From contig CAYFME010000005.1 of NCBI GenBank assembly GCA_964344145.1, forward strand, positions 1 through 60,620: a stretch of DNA of 60,620 nt, written 5' to 3'. The stretch is from an uncultured Gammaproteobacteria bacterium (GTDB taxonomy: Bacteria; Patescibacteriota; Patescibacteriia; UBA9934). The notes under the pieces were generated by a model that saw only the letters and a program-made list of their open reading frames with translations, was not told the DNA's origin and searched no databases. The position numbers and the translations under genes are program-made. This document shows, piece by piece, positions 35,608-44,370 of this stretch (within the stretch, counting starts at the first letter, position 1; the number at the start of each line of letters is the position of its first letter).

Positions 35608-36459
35608 ATGAAGATCCTCGTTACAGGCGCTCGGGGCATGCTCGGGCGCGATATTGTTGAGACAGCAAAGGTCTCGGAGTATAGCGTGATCGAGACCGAT
35701 CGCGATACGCTCGATATCACGGACGAGTCTGCAGTCCGTTCTTTTGTTGAGCGTGAACAGCCAAAATTGATCATCAACACAGCGGCGTACAATCTTGTCG
35801 ATAAGGTTGAGGATCCGGCTGTGTACCCGCTGGCGTTGGCTGTGAATGCAACCGGTCCGGGGAATCTTGCGAAAGCGGCAAAGGATAACGGTGCAGCGTT
35901 CGTGCACTACAGTACGGACTATGTGTTTGCCGGAGATAAGCCCGATGGGTACGTCGAGACCGATGCAACGAATCCGATTTCCAAGTATGGAGAAACAAAA
36001 GCAGCCGGCGAAGAGGCTGTGTTGAGCTCAGGCGCGTACGCGTACGTGTGTCGATTGAGCAAGATTTTTGGACGTCCAGGTCTGACGGGGGAGTCAAAAG
36101 AGAGTTTTGTGGCGCTCATGCTGCGCTTAGCAAAAGAAAAGCCAGAGCTTCAGATCGTTGATGAAGAAGTTGGCTGTCCGACGTACACGAAAGACGTTGC
36201 GTTGGCAACGAAGTCGATGCTCGAGAGCATGCGTCCCGCTGGCGTGTATCACATGGTTAACAGCGGAGAGGGGGTGACGTGGTATGGGTTTGCAAAAGAG
36301 ATTTTTGAGATCGCTGGCGTCACGACACCGTACAAAGCCGTTTCAGCTGACGCATTCCCACCGCGACCGGCTCCTCGCCCAAAGTTCGCGCCACTTTTGA
36401 ATACAAAGCTCCCTCCGCTACGGCATCGAGTTGAGGCACTCAAGGAGTTTTTAACTTAG
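35608..36459 (+). CDS. rfbD: dTDP-4-dehydrorhamnose reductase
   Basis: Supporting motifs are MKILVTGARGMLGRD, YGETKAAGE and position directly after rfbBC. Confidence 0.9.
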   Translation: MKILVTGARGMLGRDIVETAKVSEYSVIETDRDTLDITDESAVRSFVEREQPKLIINTAAYNLVDKVEDPAVYPLALAVNATGPGNLAKAAKDNGAAFVHYSTDYVFAGDKPDGYVETDATNPISKYGETKAAGEEAVLSSGAYAYVCRLSKIFGRPGLTGESKESFVALMLRLAKEKPELQIVDEEVGCPTYTKDVALATKSMLESMRPAGVYHMVNSGEGVTWYGFAKEIFEIAGVTTPYKAVSADAFPPRPAPRPKFAPLLNTKLPPLRHRVEALKEFLT

Positions 36460-36465
36460 TGCTTC

Positions 36466-36563
36466 TGTCATTCCTATTTTATTATGGTTTACCAATTCAG
36501 TCGCGATCGGGACTAAATTGGTTAATGCCCCCCGACTAACGTCGGGGTTCGGTCGGAATGACA
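36466..36563. other. Nested structure: 9-bp outer stem enclosing two hairpins (candidate structured RNA or composite REP element)
   Basis: The outer stem is TGTCATTCC (36466-74) / GGAATGACA (36555-63). Inside are ACCAATTCAGTC..GACTAAATTGGT (36491-36522) and CCCCGAC-TAAC-GTCGGGG (36530-36547). Confidence 0.35.
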
Positions 36564-36575
36564 CGTGTTAGTAAA

Positions 36576-36610
36576 AACAAAAACTCCCTTTTGTGGAGAG
36601 AGTTTTTGTT
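36576..36610. terminator. Bidirectional intrinsic terminator
   Basis: AACAAAAACTC / GAGTTTTTGTT forms an 11-bp stem flanked by A and T runs, between convergent genes. Confidence 0.6.
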
Positions 36611-36692
36611 TCGTCAACCTGTTGGGGCCTGGGAAGTTGGCCTCACCGGGATTACTTACATTGCATCACGGTTTTTGGGTGGTGTCAAGGGT

Positions 36693-38042
36693 CTACAGTT
36701 CAAAGCTAATTGTATCCTCCATCAACGGCCGTTGGTAAAAACCGTAGGCGCCGTCTCTGAGTCCGTACAGGTACAACGTTTCACCGGCGTCGTCGAGCCA
36801 CCACGCCACGATCTCGATATCGTCCAGAAGCGTTGTCACAAAACGATCGTTTGCAAATGCGAGATACTCGTACGCTTGGATATCTGCCGTGTCCTGCACG
36901 ATGACATGCTGACCAATCGGATGCCACAGTACAGATTCGATCGAAAGCGATTGGCGCGTGAGGAAGGTTGTTTCGTGGCCGTCGACACCATAGACATTCA
37001 CCTCAGAGCCGTCACTAAAGACGAGCAAACGTTGATCGGCGTGCCAATCAAACGACGTTGCTTCACGCTGCAGCAAGATCGGTTCATCGGCATCGATGTT
37101 TAACAGGAAAATTTCGTCACGATCGTTTTTCAAGAGCAAGAAGGATCCATCGCGTAACATCAGCTCGTACTCGTCACTCGGCAACAACGCGAGAACACGC
37201 TTATCTTTGCCGACGATTTGCTGCACTTCCGTTTGCTCGCCGTTGTCAGAGAAGGTCAGGATGCTCGCGTCAAGCTGAATAGACGCGGCGTCGGTCTGCT
37301 CCAGAAGGGTCGATGACCCTGCGACCAGATCGTACTGCACCAAGCCGCGCGAGGTACTCAGGTAGAGTAGGTGATCCGTGCTCGGATGCCATGATGTACG
37401 CGTTATGCGTTGCCGAGGTAGGTCGAGTTGCAACGGATCGCCGGCGGCCGAGTACAAACTTGGGTCGATACCAACTTCAAACAGAGCAAGATATCCACCC
37501 GAGGACGACCACAGAAGCTCAAGCTCGTCGGCATCACGAACTGTCACCGATTGACTGATCAATTGATGTTCTTGTGAGGCAAGATCATAGAGCCACAGTT
37601 CATTCCATCCCGCTTGTTGCGTGAGGTAGGCAAGGAGACCGCCACTTGGATGTACGCTCAACGCCTGGATGTCATTGGCAAACAGACTTTCCGAGGGGGC
37701 ATCCAAAAACAACAGGATGTTTTGCAAGCTAACCGTCTCGCCACTTTGTACATCAACAACACCCTGCCACGACAGATAGTCGTCCTTCTCAAGTCGCACC
37801 GTGTATTCGTCTGGCAGCAACTGTTTGAACACATGCGGCGTCTTCTCGCGCGTATCTTCGTCATCAAGCCAAACCAGCGCATTGCGCGGAGCGGTGGAGA
37901 TTGAAATCACACCTGTACGAATCACGTGTCCGTTTTGCCAATTCAAACGATAGCCGGCTGTGTAGAGGACCAGCAACGGCCCGGCGATGGCAAAGGTGGC
38001 TACAAATAGCCAAAAAACAATTCTCCTCAGGTAGACGGGCAT
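36693..38042 (-). CDS. Membrane-anchored PEGA-domain plus beta-propeller (TolB/WD40-like) protein
   Basis: The likely start is 38042 (MPVYLRRIVFWLFVATFAIAG). The PEGA-like segment is ISISTAPRNALVWLDDEDTREKTPHVFKQLLPDEYTVRLEKDDY. Confidence 0.65.
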   Translation of the reverse strand: MPVYLRRIVFWLFVATFAIAGPLLVLYTAGYRLNWQNGHVIRTGVISISTAPRNALVWLDDEDTREKTPHVFKQLLPDEYTVRLEKDDYLSWQGVVDVQSGETVSLQNILLFLDAPSESLFANDIQALSVHPSGGLLAYLTQQAGWNELWLYDLASQEHQLISQSVTVRDADELELLWSSSGGYLALFEVGIDPSLYSAAGDPLQLDLPRQRITRTSWHPSTDHLLYLSTSRGLVQYDLVAGSSTLLEQTDAASIQLDASILTFSDNGEQTEVQQIVGKDKRVLALLPSDEYELMLRDGSFLLLKNDRDEIFLLNIDADEPILLQREATSFDWHADQRLLVFSDGSEVNVYGVDGHETTFLTRQSLSIESVLWHPIGQHVIVQDTADIQAYEYLAFANDRFVTTLLDDIEIVAWWLDDAGETLYLYGLRDGAYGFYQRPLMEDTISFEL

Positions 38043-38067
38043 ATGTGGTAGAATAGTCCCATTGATT

Positions 38068-39300
38068 ATGAAAAAATTCAACCGTAAGCACATTTGGATT
38101 TCCAGCGTTATACTAGGCGTGGTTTTGCTCGTTGCTACGTTTTATCTTGGCTTGTTTGTGGGCGCGTGGCAGGCCACGTCGGTCGCGACCGACGTGGCAG
38201 GCGAGTCAGACGTCGTCAATCAAAACCGTTTCTTCAATCGCGCTGACGACGTTGACTTCGGTAACTTCTGGGAAGTGTGGGACTTGGTGCAGGAGGTGTA
38301 CTATCAGCCAGTGTCTGAGGCAGATCTTTTCTATGGCGCCATGGAGGGAATGGTTTGGGGTCTTGGAGATCCGTACTCGGTGTTCTTCGACCCAGGGGCG
38401 GCGGAAGAGTTCGATAACGAGCTTGATGGCGTGTTCTACGGCATTGGAGCCGAGATAGGCAAGAAAGATGACGTCATTGTTGTGATCGCACCTCTTTCTG
38501 GATCGCCTGCAGAAGGAGCTGGATTGATGGCAGGGGACGAGATTTGGTATGTGGACGACATGGATATCTTTGGCTACAGCGTGCACGAAGCGGTTCAGAT
38601 CATCCGCGGTGAGATTGGTACGGAGGTTGTGCTGACGGTGGCACGCGAGGGTGTGGATGAATTTATTGAGATTCCGATCATTCGTGACGAGATCCAGATC
38701 AGCAGCGTGGAGTGGGAGATTCGTGATGACGGTATTGCCATCATTGAGATCTCCATGTTCAATGATGATACGACGGACTTGTTTACTCAAGCGGTGCGCG
38801 AAGCCTTGGCGGCTGGCGTGGACGGGCTCGTTGTCGATCTGCGAAACAATCCAGGCGGTTTGCTGACCGAAGCGATGAATTTGGCTGGATTTTGGATTGA
38901 CGACATGACGGTTGTGCAGCAACGTGTGGGCGACGACGTACAGTCATACGATGCAGCCGGTAACGCCTGGCTCTCAACTATCGAAACCGTCGTCCTGGTC
39001 AATGGTGGCTCAGCCTCTGCATCAGAGATTCTTGCCGGCGCGTTGCAGGATTATGACTACGCTACGGTTATTGGTGAGCAGACGTTTGGAAAGGGATCGG
39101 TGCAGGAGTATTACGAGCTGCCAGACGGATCAGCGCTTAAGATCACGGTCTCAGAGTGGTTGACAGCGTTGGGAAGATCTATTAATGAAGTGGGCATTAC
39201 GCCAGACATTGAAGTTGAATACACCATTGAACACTATGAGGCGGATCAGACGCCACAAATCGACGCGGCGATCGATTTCCTCACGGCAACCGGGTCGTAA
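38068..39300 (+). CDS. S41 C-terminal processing (tail-specific) peptidase with PDZ domain
   Basis: The PDZ segment is GSPAEGAGLMAGDEIWYVDD. The catalytic region is VVLVNGGSASASEILAGAL...TFGKGSVQ. Confidence 0.85.
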   Translation: MKKFNRKHIWISSVILGVVLLVATFYLGLFVGAWQATSVATDVAGESDVVNQNRFFNRADDVDFGNFWEVWDLVQEVYYQPVSEADLFYGAMEGMVWGLGDPYSVFFDPGAAEEFDNELDGVFYGIGAEIGKKDDVIVVIAPLSGSPAEGAGLMAGDEIWYVDDMDIFGYSVHEAVQIIRGEIGTEVVLTVAREGVDEFIEIPIIRDEIQISSVEWEIRDDGIAIIEISMFNDDTTDLFTQAVREALAAGVDGLVVDLRNNPGGLLTEAMNLAGFWIDDMTVVQQRVGDDVQSYDAAGNAWLSTIETVVLVNGGSASASEILAGALQDYDYATVIGEQTFGKGSVQEYYELPDGSALKITVSEWLTALGRSINEVGITPDIEVEYTIEHYEADQTPQIDAAIDFLTATGS

Positions 39301-39337
39301 GGAGCAGCATCGTACCGAGGTTTCCGCGGGAGGGATC

Positions 39338-39766
39338 GTGTTTAAGCGCACCAAAAAAGGTGTTTCCATTGCGATGTTGAAAGACTCGTATGGGAAATGG
39401 ACGTTTCCCAAGGGGCATCTGGAGCAGGGAGAGACGACGCGACAGGCGGCCATGCGCGAGATCGGAGAGGAGCTCGGGCTCAAGAAGCTGAAGCCAATTG
39501 CAAAGCTCGGAACCATTGATATCTGGTTCCGTGATCGTTTTGTGTTTAAAGGAAAGCTGATCCACAAGTACATCCATTATTTTTTGTTTGAGTCGGTCGG
39601 GGATCAGAGGCTTCGTAAGCCTGAGCCTAAATCAAAAGACGGCGAAAAGATCCGCGCCGTCGGCTGGGTGCCGGTGAATCAGCTGCGCAAAAAATCAAAC
39701 TATCAAGATTTGATTCCTATTGTTGACCGTGCGTTGATGGTGATGGAAGGAAAGGGATGGGTGTAA
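39338..39766 (+). CDS. NUDIX hydrolase
   Basis: The Nudix box is GHLEQGETTRQAAMREIGEELGL. The start is uncertain: GTG 39338 follows a GGAGG, and the upstream ATGs at 39185 and 39236 overlap the peptidase gene by 116 and 65 nt. Confidence 0.7.
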   Translation: MFKRTKKGVSIAMLKDSYGKWTFPKGHLEQGETTRQAAMREIGEELGLKKLKPIAKLGTIDIWFRDRFVFKGKLIHKYIHYFLFESVGDQRLRKPEPKSKDGEKIRAVGWVPVNQLRKKSNYQDLIPIVDRALMVMEGKGWV

Positions 39767-39774
39767 GCAGGAAG

Positions 39775-39803
39775 CCCCCGAGACTCGGTGTGAGTGTCGG
39801 GGG
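39775..39803. terminator. Hairpin between convergent genes
   Basis: CCCCCGA (39775-81) pairs with TCGGGGG (39797-803). Confidence 0.45.
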
Positions 39804-39837
39804 ACGTTTCGTCGACCGACGTGAAGCAAGAGTTCCG

Positions 39838-39978
39838 TCAGTTGAAGAACTTGACGAGGAAGAAGATACCCCAGCCGATCACAGCGAGGACGATGAGCAC
39901 GATGATGACGTAAGGTATCTTGGCCTGTTCCTCGGGCGGCAGGCGTTGCGTGAAGCGCGATAACGCATCCCATTCCAT
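39838..39978 (-). CDS. 46-aa single-TM small protein (below ORF-track cutoff)
   Basis: Hand translation gives MEWDALSRFTQRLPPEEQAKIPYVIIVLIVLAVIGWGIFFLVKFFN. A TGGAGA sits 4 nt upstream of the ATG, and a hairpin lies downstream. Confidence 0.5.
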   Translation of the reverse strand: MEWDALSRFTQRLPPEEQAKIPYVIIVLIVLAVIGWGIFFLVKFFN

Positions 39979-40060
39979 AGTGTCTCCAGTGGAGGTGTTA
40001 ATCTAGTTTATATGATTGTTTTTTATTGAACAAATGTTGGAATAAAGTGTTGACGAAAAT

Positions 40061-40089
40061 TTGACTGATCAGTCCATTTTTGGTTCAAT
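40061..40089 (+). promoter_or_regulatory. Promoter with -35 embedded in palindrome GACTGATCAGTC (operator candidate)
   Basis: TTGACT at 40061-66, a 17-nt spacer with a TTTTT run, and TTCAAT at 40084-89. The dyad lies at 40063-40074. Confidence 0.5.
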
Positions 40090-40112
40090 AACATCAATAG
40101 GACGAATTGAAT

Positions 40113-40133
40113 CTCCCCATTGGGGAGCTTTTT
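40113..40133 (+). promoter_or_regulatory. Leader hairpin plus T-run (attenuator-like)
   Basis: CTCCCC-ATT-GGGGAG is followed by CTTTTT, 30 nt upstream of ATG 40163. Confidence 0.4.
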
Positions 40134-40162
40134 GTCTCCCAAATATTTTCAGCATATTTTGT

Positions 40163-40678
40163 ATGTACAAAGGATCATCCGTTTGGGAGACGTTTATGAG
40201 TATTTGTGACGGTGTACTGGACGTCGGTGAAGAAGTGATGTTTTGTGTTGGTCGGCCTCGTGCCGCTATGAGCATGGATCGATATGAATACATGCAAATG
40301 AAGAGAGGTATTGCCGATGCTCAGCGAAAACGTGCGGAGAAAACGCTACGTGCTAAAAAAATTGCGAAAATTGAGAAAAAAGCAGGCGAAGTGGCGGTGT
40401 TGTTTTCTGAGAAAGGAAAAACAGAATTGTTAAAGTATGCGATTACTCAGCGCATCAAACGTTTGCCCGACGGATATCATTGTTTGGTTTCGTTTGATAT
40501 TCCAGAAGCGGCGGCTGGTACACGAAAACTTTTTAGAGATTTTTTAAAGACAGTCGGTTTCCGACAACTTCACAGGAGTGTGTGGGTTAGTGAGATGGAT
40601 ATCGTGGAATTGATGCGTGTGCTGGTGAAGAGGTTAGAGATTGATTCTTGGGTGTCTATTTTTGAGGCACGAGATTGA
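40163..40678 (+). CDS. Winged-helix plus Cas2/VapD-fold domain protein, paralog of 6040-6558
   Basis: MYKGSSVWETFMSICDGVLDVGEEVMFCVGRP aligns with the paralog N-terminus. The C-terminus is LVSFDIPEAAAGTRKLFRDFLKTVGFRQLHRSVWV. Confidence 0.7.
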   Translation: MYKGSSVWETFMSICDGVLDVGEEVMFCVGRPRAAMSMDRYEYMQMKRGIADAQRKRAEKTLRAKKIAKIEKKAGEVAVLFSEKGKTELLKYAITQRIKRLPDGYHCLVSFDIPEAAAGTRKLFRDFLKTVGFRQLHRSVWVSEMDIVELMRVLVKRLEIDSWVSIFEARD

Positions 40679-40679
40679 T

Positions 40680-40713
40680 AACCGATTCAGTACCGATCGG
40701 GATCAAACTGGTT
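40680..40713. repeat. CCGATCGG-centred imperfect palindrome, sibling of 36491-36522
   Basis: AACCGATTCAGTACCGATCGGGATCAAACTGGTT is about 80% identical to the 36490 element. An A..T to G..C change is compensatory. Confidence 0.5.
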
Positions 40714-40753
40714 AGAAGTAGAGATCACCTCGACCCGCTATCTGTGGTCATCA

Positions 40754-41086
40754 TTACACGCCAAACATTGGCAGGAAGAACATGAGAGGGATGGTAATCA
40801 GACAGAGGATGCCGATCACCATAAAAAAGACTCCACTGAATCGATACCAGAGGGTGATCAGTTTGTCGCCAAAGGCATCGAGCGACCATTGTGTCATTGT
40901 GACATTCCAGAATTTGAATCCGAGAAAGTAATGTTCAAACCATCCGAATTTTTTCGGATCCTTTTTGTATCCGTTGACGAGCGCTTGTAGTGATTGAATG
41001 GCAAAAAACTTTCTTCCAATAGTAATCAGGAAGGCGCCAAACGGAAGAGCGACAAGGGTGTACAAGAGGCCAGGGAGAATAGTCAT
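40754..41086 (-). CDS. Hypothetical membrane protein
   Basis: 110 aa with hydrophobic N- and C-terminal segments. I recognise no family. Confidence 0.55.
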   Translation of the reverse strand: MTILPGLLYTLVALPFGAFLITIGRKFFAIQSLQALVNGYKKDPKKFGWFEHYFLGFKFWNVTMTQWSLDAFGDKLITLWYRFSGVFFMVIGILCLITIPLMFFLPMFGV

Positions 41087-41112
41087 ATGCTTCTAGTTTA
41101 CCATATGGGTAT

Positions 41113-41141
41113 TTGATCCAAATCTATGCTTCGGGTAAAAT
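41113..41141 (+). promoter_or_regulatory. Promoter for rplI (near-leaderless)
   Basis: TTGATC at 41113-18, a 17-nt spacer, and TAAAAT at 41136-41. The ATG is 8 nt downstream and has no SD. Confidence 0.55.
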
Positions 41142-41149
41142 AGCGCCGT

Positions 41150-41587
41150 ATGAAAGTGATTCTTTTGGAAGACGTAAAGTCTTTGGGATTTGAGGGGGAT
41201 GTGGTTGAGGTCAGCGAGGGGTACGCCCGCAACTTTTTGTACCCGCAGCACTTGGCCGTGGAGGCAACGCCGCAGATGATGGCCGAGCGCGAGGCAAAGG
41301 CAAAAGCAGCGTCGAATAAGGCCCGCAAGGAAGACAAGGCCGCGCGCAAGCTCGCCGCAGCTGTCGACGGCGCTGAAGTCATCATCAAGGCTAAGGCCGA
41401 TGGCGGCAACCTCTACGCGGCGGTCACTGCTAAAGACGTTGCAAAAGAACTAAAAGCACAAGGGCATAAAGTGAAACCGGAGTTCATCAAATTCGCAGGC
41501 ACCAAGGAGGTCGGCACCTCCGAAGTTACGGTCTCCTTCCCGAACGCCTACGACGCAACAATCACCCTAATCATTGAAGCCAAATAG
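41150..41587 (+). CDS. rplI: 50S ribosomal protein L9
   Basis: [36 protein letters not shown] is the canonical L9 N-terminus. Confidence 0.9.
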   Translation: MKVILLEDVKSLGFEGDVVEVSEGYARNFLYPQHLAVEATPQMMAEREAKAKAASNKARKEDKAARKLAAAVDGAEVIIKAKADGGNLYAAVTAKDVAKELKAQGHKVKPEFIKFAGTKEVGTSEVTVSFPNAYDATITLIIEAK

Positions 41588-41636
41588 TCGACTCCGGAAG
41601 GGGTCGGCTCTTTCTATTTGGAAGTGTTTGAAAATT

Positions 41637-43256
41637 ATGAAACACAAGTACCTGTTCATCGTTGGTGGAGTTATGAGTGGTGTTGGAAAAGGAACATCCA
41701 GCGCAGCGCTCGGCCTCACACTTAAGTCCAAGGGTTACAACGTCACGGCAATCAAGATCGATCCGTACGTGAACGTCGATGCTGGAACCATGAATCCCGT
41801 GGAGCACGGCGAGGTGTTTGTGACCGTGGACGGCGATGAGACCGATCAGGACATCGGAACGTATGAGCGGTACTTGGATACGAATATCACCAAAGTGAAC
41901 TACATGACGACCGGTCGTGTGTACAAGTCGGTGATTGAGCGTGAGCGAAATTTGGAGTATGGCGGGAAATGCGTGGAGGTTGTGCCAGATGTACCCGAGG
42001 AGGTCATTCGTCGCATCAAACGTGCATCCAAAGAAGCCAAGGCTGATGTCACGTTGATCGAGGTTGGAGGAACGGTTGGTGAGTATCAGAACATCCTTTT
42101 TTTGGAAGCCGCGCGCATCATGCACACCGAAGATCCGTCGGCTGTACAGTTTTGCTTGGTGAGTTATCTGCCAGTACCGCCATCGATCGGGGAGATGAAA
42201 ACAAAGCCAACGCAGTACGCCGTGCGAACGCTCAACTCTGCTGGTATTCAGCCTGACTTTGTGATTTGTCGGTCCAGTCAGCCGATGGATGAACCTCGCA
42301 AAAAGAAGATTGCGCGTTTTTGTAGCATTCCAGAGAGCAACATCATTGCTGCGGCAGATGCGAAGTCCATCTACGACATTCCAGACATTTTTGAAAAGCA
42401 GAAGTTCGCTGAGTCGGTGCTGAAGGGGTTTGGTATGAAACCAAAGCAGAGCGATCTAAAGCAGTGGCGGGCGTTTACGCGCAAGGTGGAGGAGGCCAAA
42501 AAGACCGTGAAGATCGGTGTGGCGGGGAAGTACTTCTCCACTGGTGATTTCACCTTGTCCGACGCGTACATCTCGGTACTTGAAGCCATTAAGCATGCAG
42601 CAGCCGATCAGGGGGTGAGGGCGGAGATTGCGTGGTTGAACTCTGAGGAATACGAGAAGGACCCGAAGAAGATCAAAGAACTTGAATCGTTTGATGGACT
42701 TCTGATTCCTGGTGGGTTTGGATCGCGAGGTATTGAAGGAAAGATTGAGATTATTCGTTTGTGCCGTGAGAAAAAGATTCCGTACCTCGGCATTTGCTAC
42801 GGTATGCAATGTGCGGTCATTGAGTATGCGCGTAACATGCTTGGTCATAAAGACGCGCACACGACGGAGATTCGTCCAAAGACGGAGCATCCAGTGGTTG
42901 ATGTAATGGAAGAGCAGAAAGAAAAGTTGGCAAAGGATGAATACGGCGGAACGATGCGTTTGGGATCGTATGACTGCAAGCTTTCAAAGGACACGCAGTC
43001 TCGCAAGTGGTACAAGGATGAAATGATCTCCGAGCGCCATCGTCATCGTTATGAGTTTAACAATGCGTATCGACAGGAGTTACAGGATGAAGGGTTGGTG
43101 ATCGCTGGCGTGAACCCGAAGCAGGACTTGGTGGAGATTGTTGAGTTGAAAGATCATCCGTTCTTCGTTGGTGTGCAATTTCATCCAGAGTTCCAAAGCC
43201 GACCACTGTCACCGCATCCTTTGTTCCGCGGATTCATTAATGCCGCAAAGGGCTAG
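41637..43256 (+). CDS. pyrG: CTP synthase
   Basis: Start is ATG 41637. Supporting motifs are KYLFIVGGVMSGVGKGTSSAALG and the GATase motif LGICYGMQ. Confidence 0.95.
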   Translation: MKHKYLFIVGGVMSGVGKGTSSAALGLTLKSKGYNVTAIKIDPYVNVDAGTMNPVEHGEVFVTVDGDETDQDIGTYERYLDTNITKVNYMTTGRVYKSVIERERNLEYGGKCVEVVPDVPEEVIRRIKRASKEAKADVTLIEVGGTVGEYQNILFLEAARIMHTEDPSAVQFCLVSYLPVPPSIGEMKTKPTQYAVRTLNSAGIQPDFVICRSSQPMDEPRKKKIARFCSIPESNIIAAADAKSIYDIPDIFEKQKFAESVLKGFGMKPKQSDLKQWRAFTRKVEEAKKTVKIGVAGKYFSTGDFTLSDAYISVLEAIKHAAADQGVRAEIAWLNSEEYEKDPKKIKELESFDGLLIPGGFGSRGIEGKIEIIRLCREKKIPYLGICYGMQCAVIEYARNMLGHKDAHTTEIRPKTEHPVVDVMEEQKEKLAKDEYGGTMRLGSYDCKLSKDTQSRKWYKDEMISERHRHRYEFNNAYRQELQDEGLVIAGVNPKQDLVEIVELKDHPFFVGVQFHPEFQSRPLSPHPLFRGFINAAKG

Positions 43257-43290
43257 AATCAAAAAAGAACCTCGTGGCTCTTTTTTGATT
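43257..43290. terminator. Bidirectional intrinsic terminator (pyrG / rpmA)
   Basis: AATCAAAAAAGAACC pairs with GGCTCTTTTTTGATT with one mismatch. Confidence 0.65.
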
Positions 43291-43561
43291 AGACAACGTT
43301 GACGAATGTCTTTCGATTCAACTTGCCGGTGAAGCTTGGCATCATCTTTTTGGAAAACTTCACGGTTCCTCCTGTCGCTGCGTAGAGGGTGTCGTCCTTT
43401 CCAACGCGTACGTTTGTTCCTGGACGATACTTGGTACCGCGCTGGCGAACCAAAATTTGACCTGCCTTCACGGCCTGTCCGTCGGACTTCTTGAGTCCAA
43501 GTCGCTTTGCTTTCGAGTCACGACCGTTACTAGTCGAACCCTGCGCTTTTTTGTGTGCCAT
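43289..43561 (-). CDS. rpmA: 50S ribosomal protein L27
   Basis: The sequence from ATG 43561 is [24 protein letters not shown]...[20 protein letters not shown]. Confidence 0.9.
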   Translation of the reverse strand: MAHKKAQGSTSNGRDSKAKRLGLKKSDGQAVKAGQILVRQRGTKYRPGTNVRVGKDDTLYAATGGTVKFSKKMMPSFTGKLNRKTFVNVV

Positions 43562-43625
43562 AGTGGCTCGCAAGCTTAGGTGAGGCTCTTACGGCTGGTA
43601 CAAGAGGAACCTCAAAACTGGCGAA

Positions 43626-43654
43626 ATATTAGCGTATTGGCCAAAAAACGTCAA
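43626..43654 (-). promoter_or_regulatory. Promoter for rpmA
   Basis: Minus strand reads TTGACG (43654-49), a 17-nt spacer, then TAATAT (43631-26). Confidence 0.55.
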
Positions 43655-43670
43655 GTCCGAAGCTGTACAA

Positions 43671-43973
43671 ATGGGGAAAACCGGGATATTATTCGCAGGT
43701 ATGCAGCCTATTGCGGAGCAGATTGAACAGATTTTAGAGGAAATTCGGCCAAAACTTGCTCGCCACGGCGGGGATGTGGAGCTGGTCCATTTTGACGCCT
43801 ACGAGCGCGTTGCGTCTCTTCGTATGAAAGGGGCGTGCGTTGGTTGTGCCTTAAGCTCTGCAACGATGAAGGCTGGGATCGAAGGGCTGATTCGAGAACA
43901 GGTTCCCGACGTTACTGTGCTCGATGTGTCCGATCATGAATCAGGCGAGAATCCGTACTATGAAGCGAAGTAA
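43671..43973 (+). CDS. NifU-like (Nfu C-terminal domain) Fe-S cluster protein
   Basis: The motif is RPKLARHGGDVELV...MKGACVGCALSSATMKAGIE, containing CxxC. ATG 43701 is an alternative start. Confidence 0.8.
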   Translation: MGKTGILFAGMQPIAEQIEQILEEIRPKLARHGGDVELVHFDAYERVASLRMKGACVGCALSSATMKAGIEGLIREQVPDVTVLDVSDHESGENPYYEAK

Positions 43974-44370
43974 GGGGGCAAAGAAAGCGTGGAAGGAGTT
44001 TAGAGGGACGCTGGGTGTGATCGCCTCAAAGCGGCTCTTTCGTGTTCTTGTCCCAGTCTCCATTCTGTTCTTGATCTTAAGTGCAGCCGTGCCGTATTTC
44101 TATTTGTACCCAGAGGCTGGTGAGCAGATCGCCATTCCACTTCACTATAATATCCACTTTGGCGTCGACCTGTTCGGCCCACCGGAGCGAATGTTCATGG
44201 CAAGCACCGTCGGGCTCATCGTTTTCGTCGTCAATATGATTTTGGCAATCGCCCTCTGGCGCAAGCAGACGATCCTGAGCTACGGCCTCTTGTGCGCAAC
44301 CGCGGTGATTGAAGTGGTATTATTTGTAGCAAGTGTGTTCGTTACTCTTCTTGTGCTCAGTTATCTATGA
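43960..44370 (+). CDS. Hypothetical membrane protein
   Basis: It has three TM segments. The start is uncertain (43924, 43936 or 43960). It overlaps mraY by 4 nt. Confidence 0.5.
   Translation: MKRSKGAKKAWKEFRGTLGVIASKRLFRVLVPVSILFLILSAAVPYFYLYPEAGEQIAIPLHYNIHFGVDLFGPPERMFMASTVGLIVFVVNMILAIALWRKQTILSYGLLCATAVIEVVLFVASVFVTLLVLSYL

Noticed and set aside
36558-37103. A 181-aa plus-strand ORF antisense to the PEGA/beta-propeller gene. Similar antisense ORFs lie inside conserved genes at 3706-4428, 38206-38922, 41571-42125, 49856-50578 and 53781-54554.
   Set aside because: Each lies opposite a gene with clear family motifs, and their translations have no recognisable domains or start signals.
39695-39973. 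ORFs 39695-39973 (minus) and 39757-39963 (plus) from the track.
   Set aside because: Both give Arg/His/Asp-rich nonsense without start signals. A third frame holds a 46-aa TM protein with an SD, and that is preferred.
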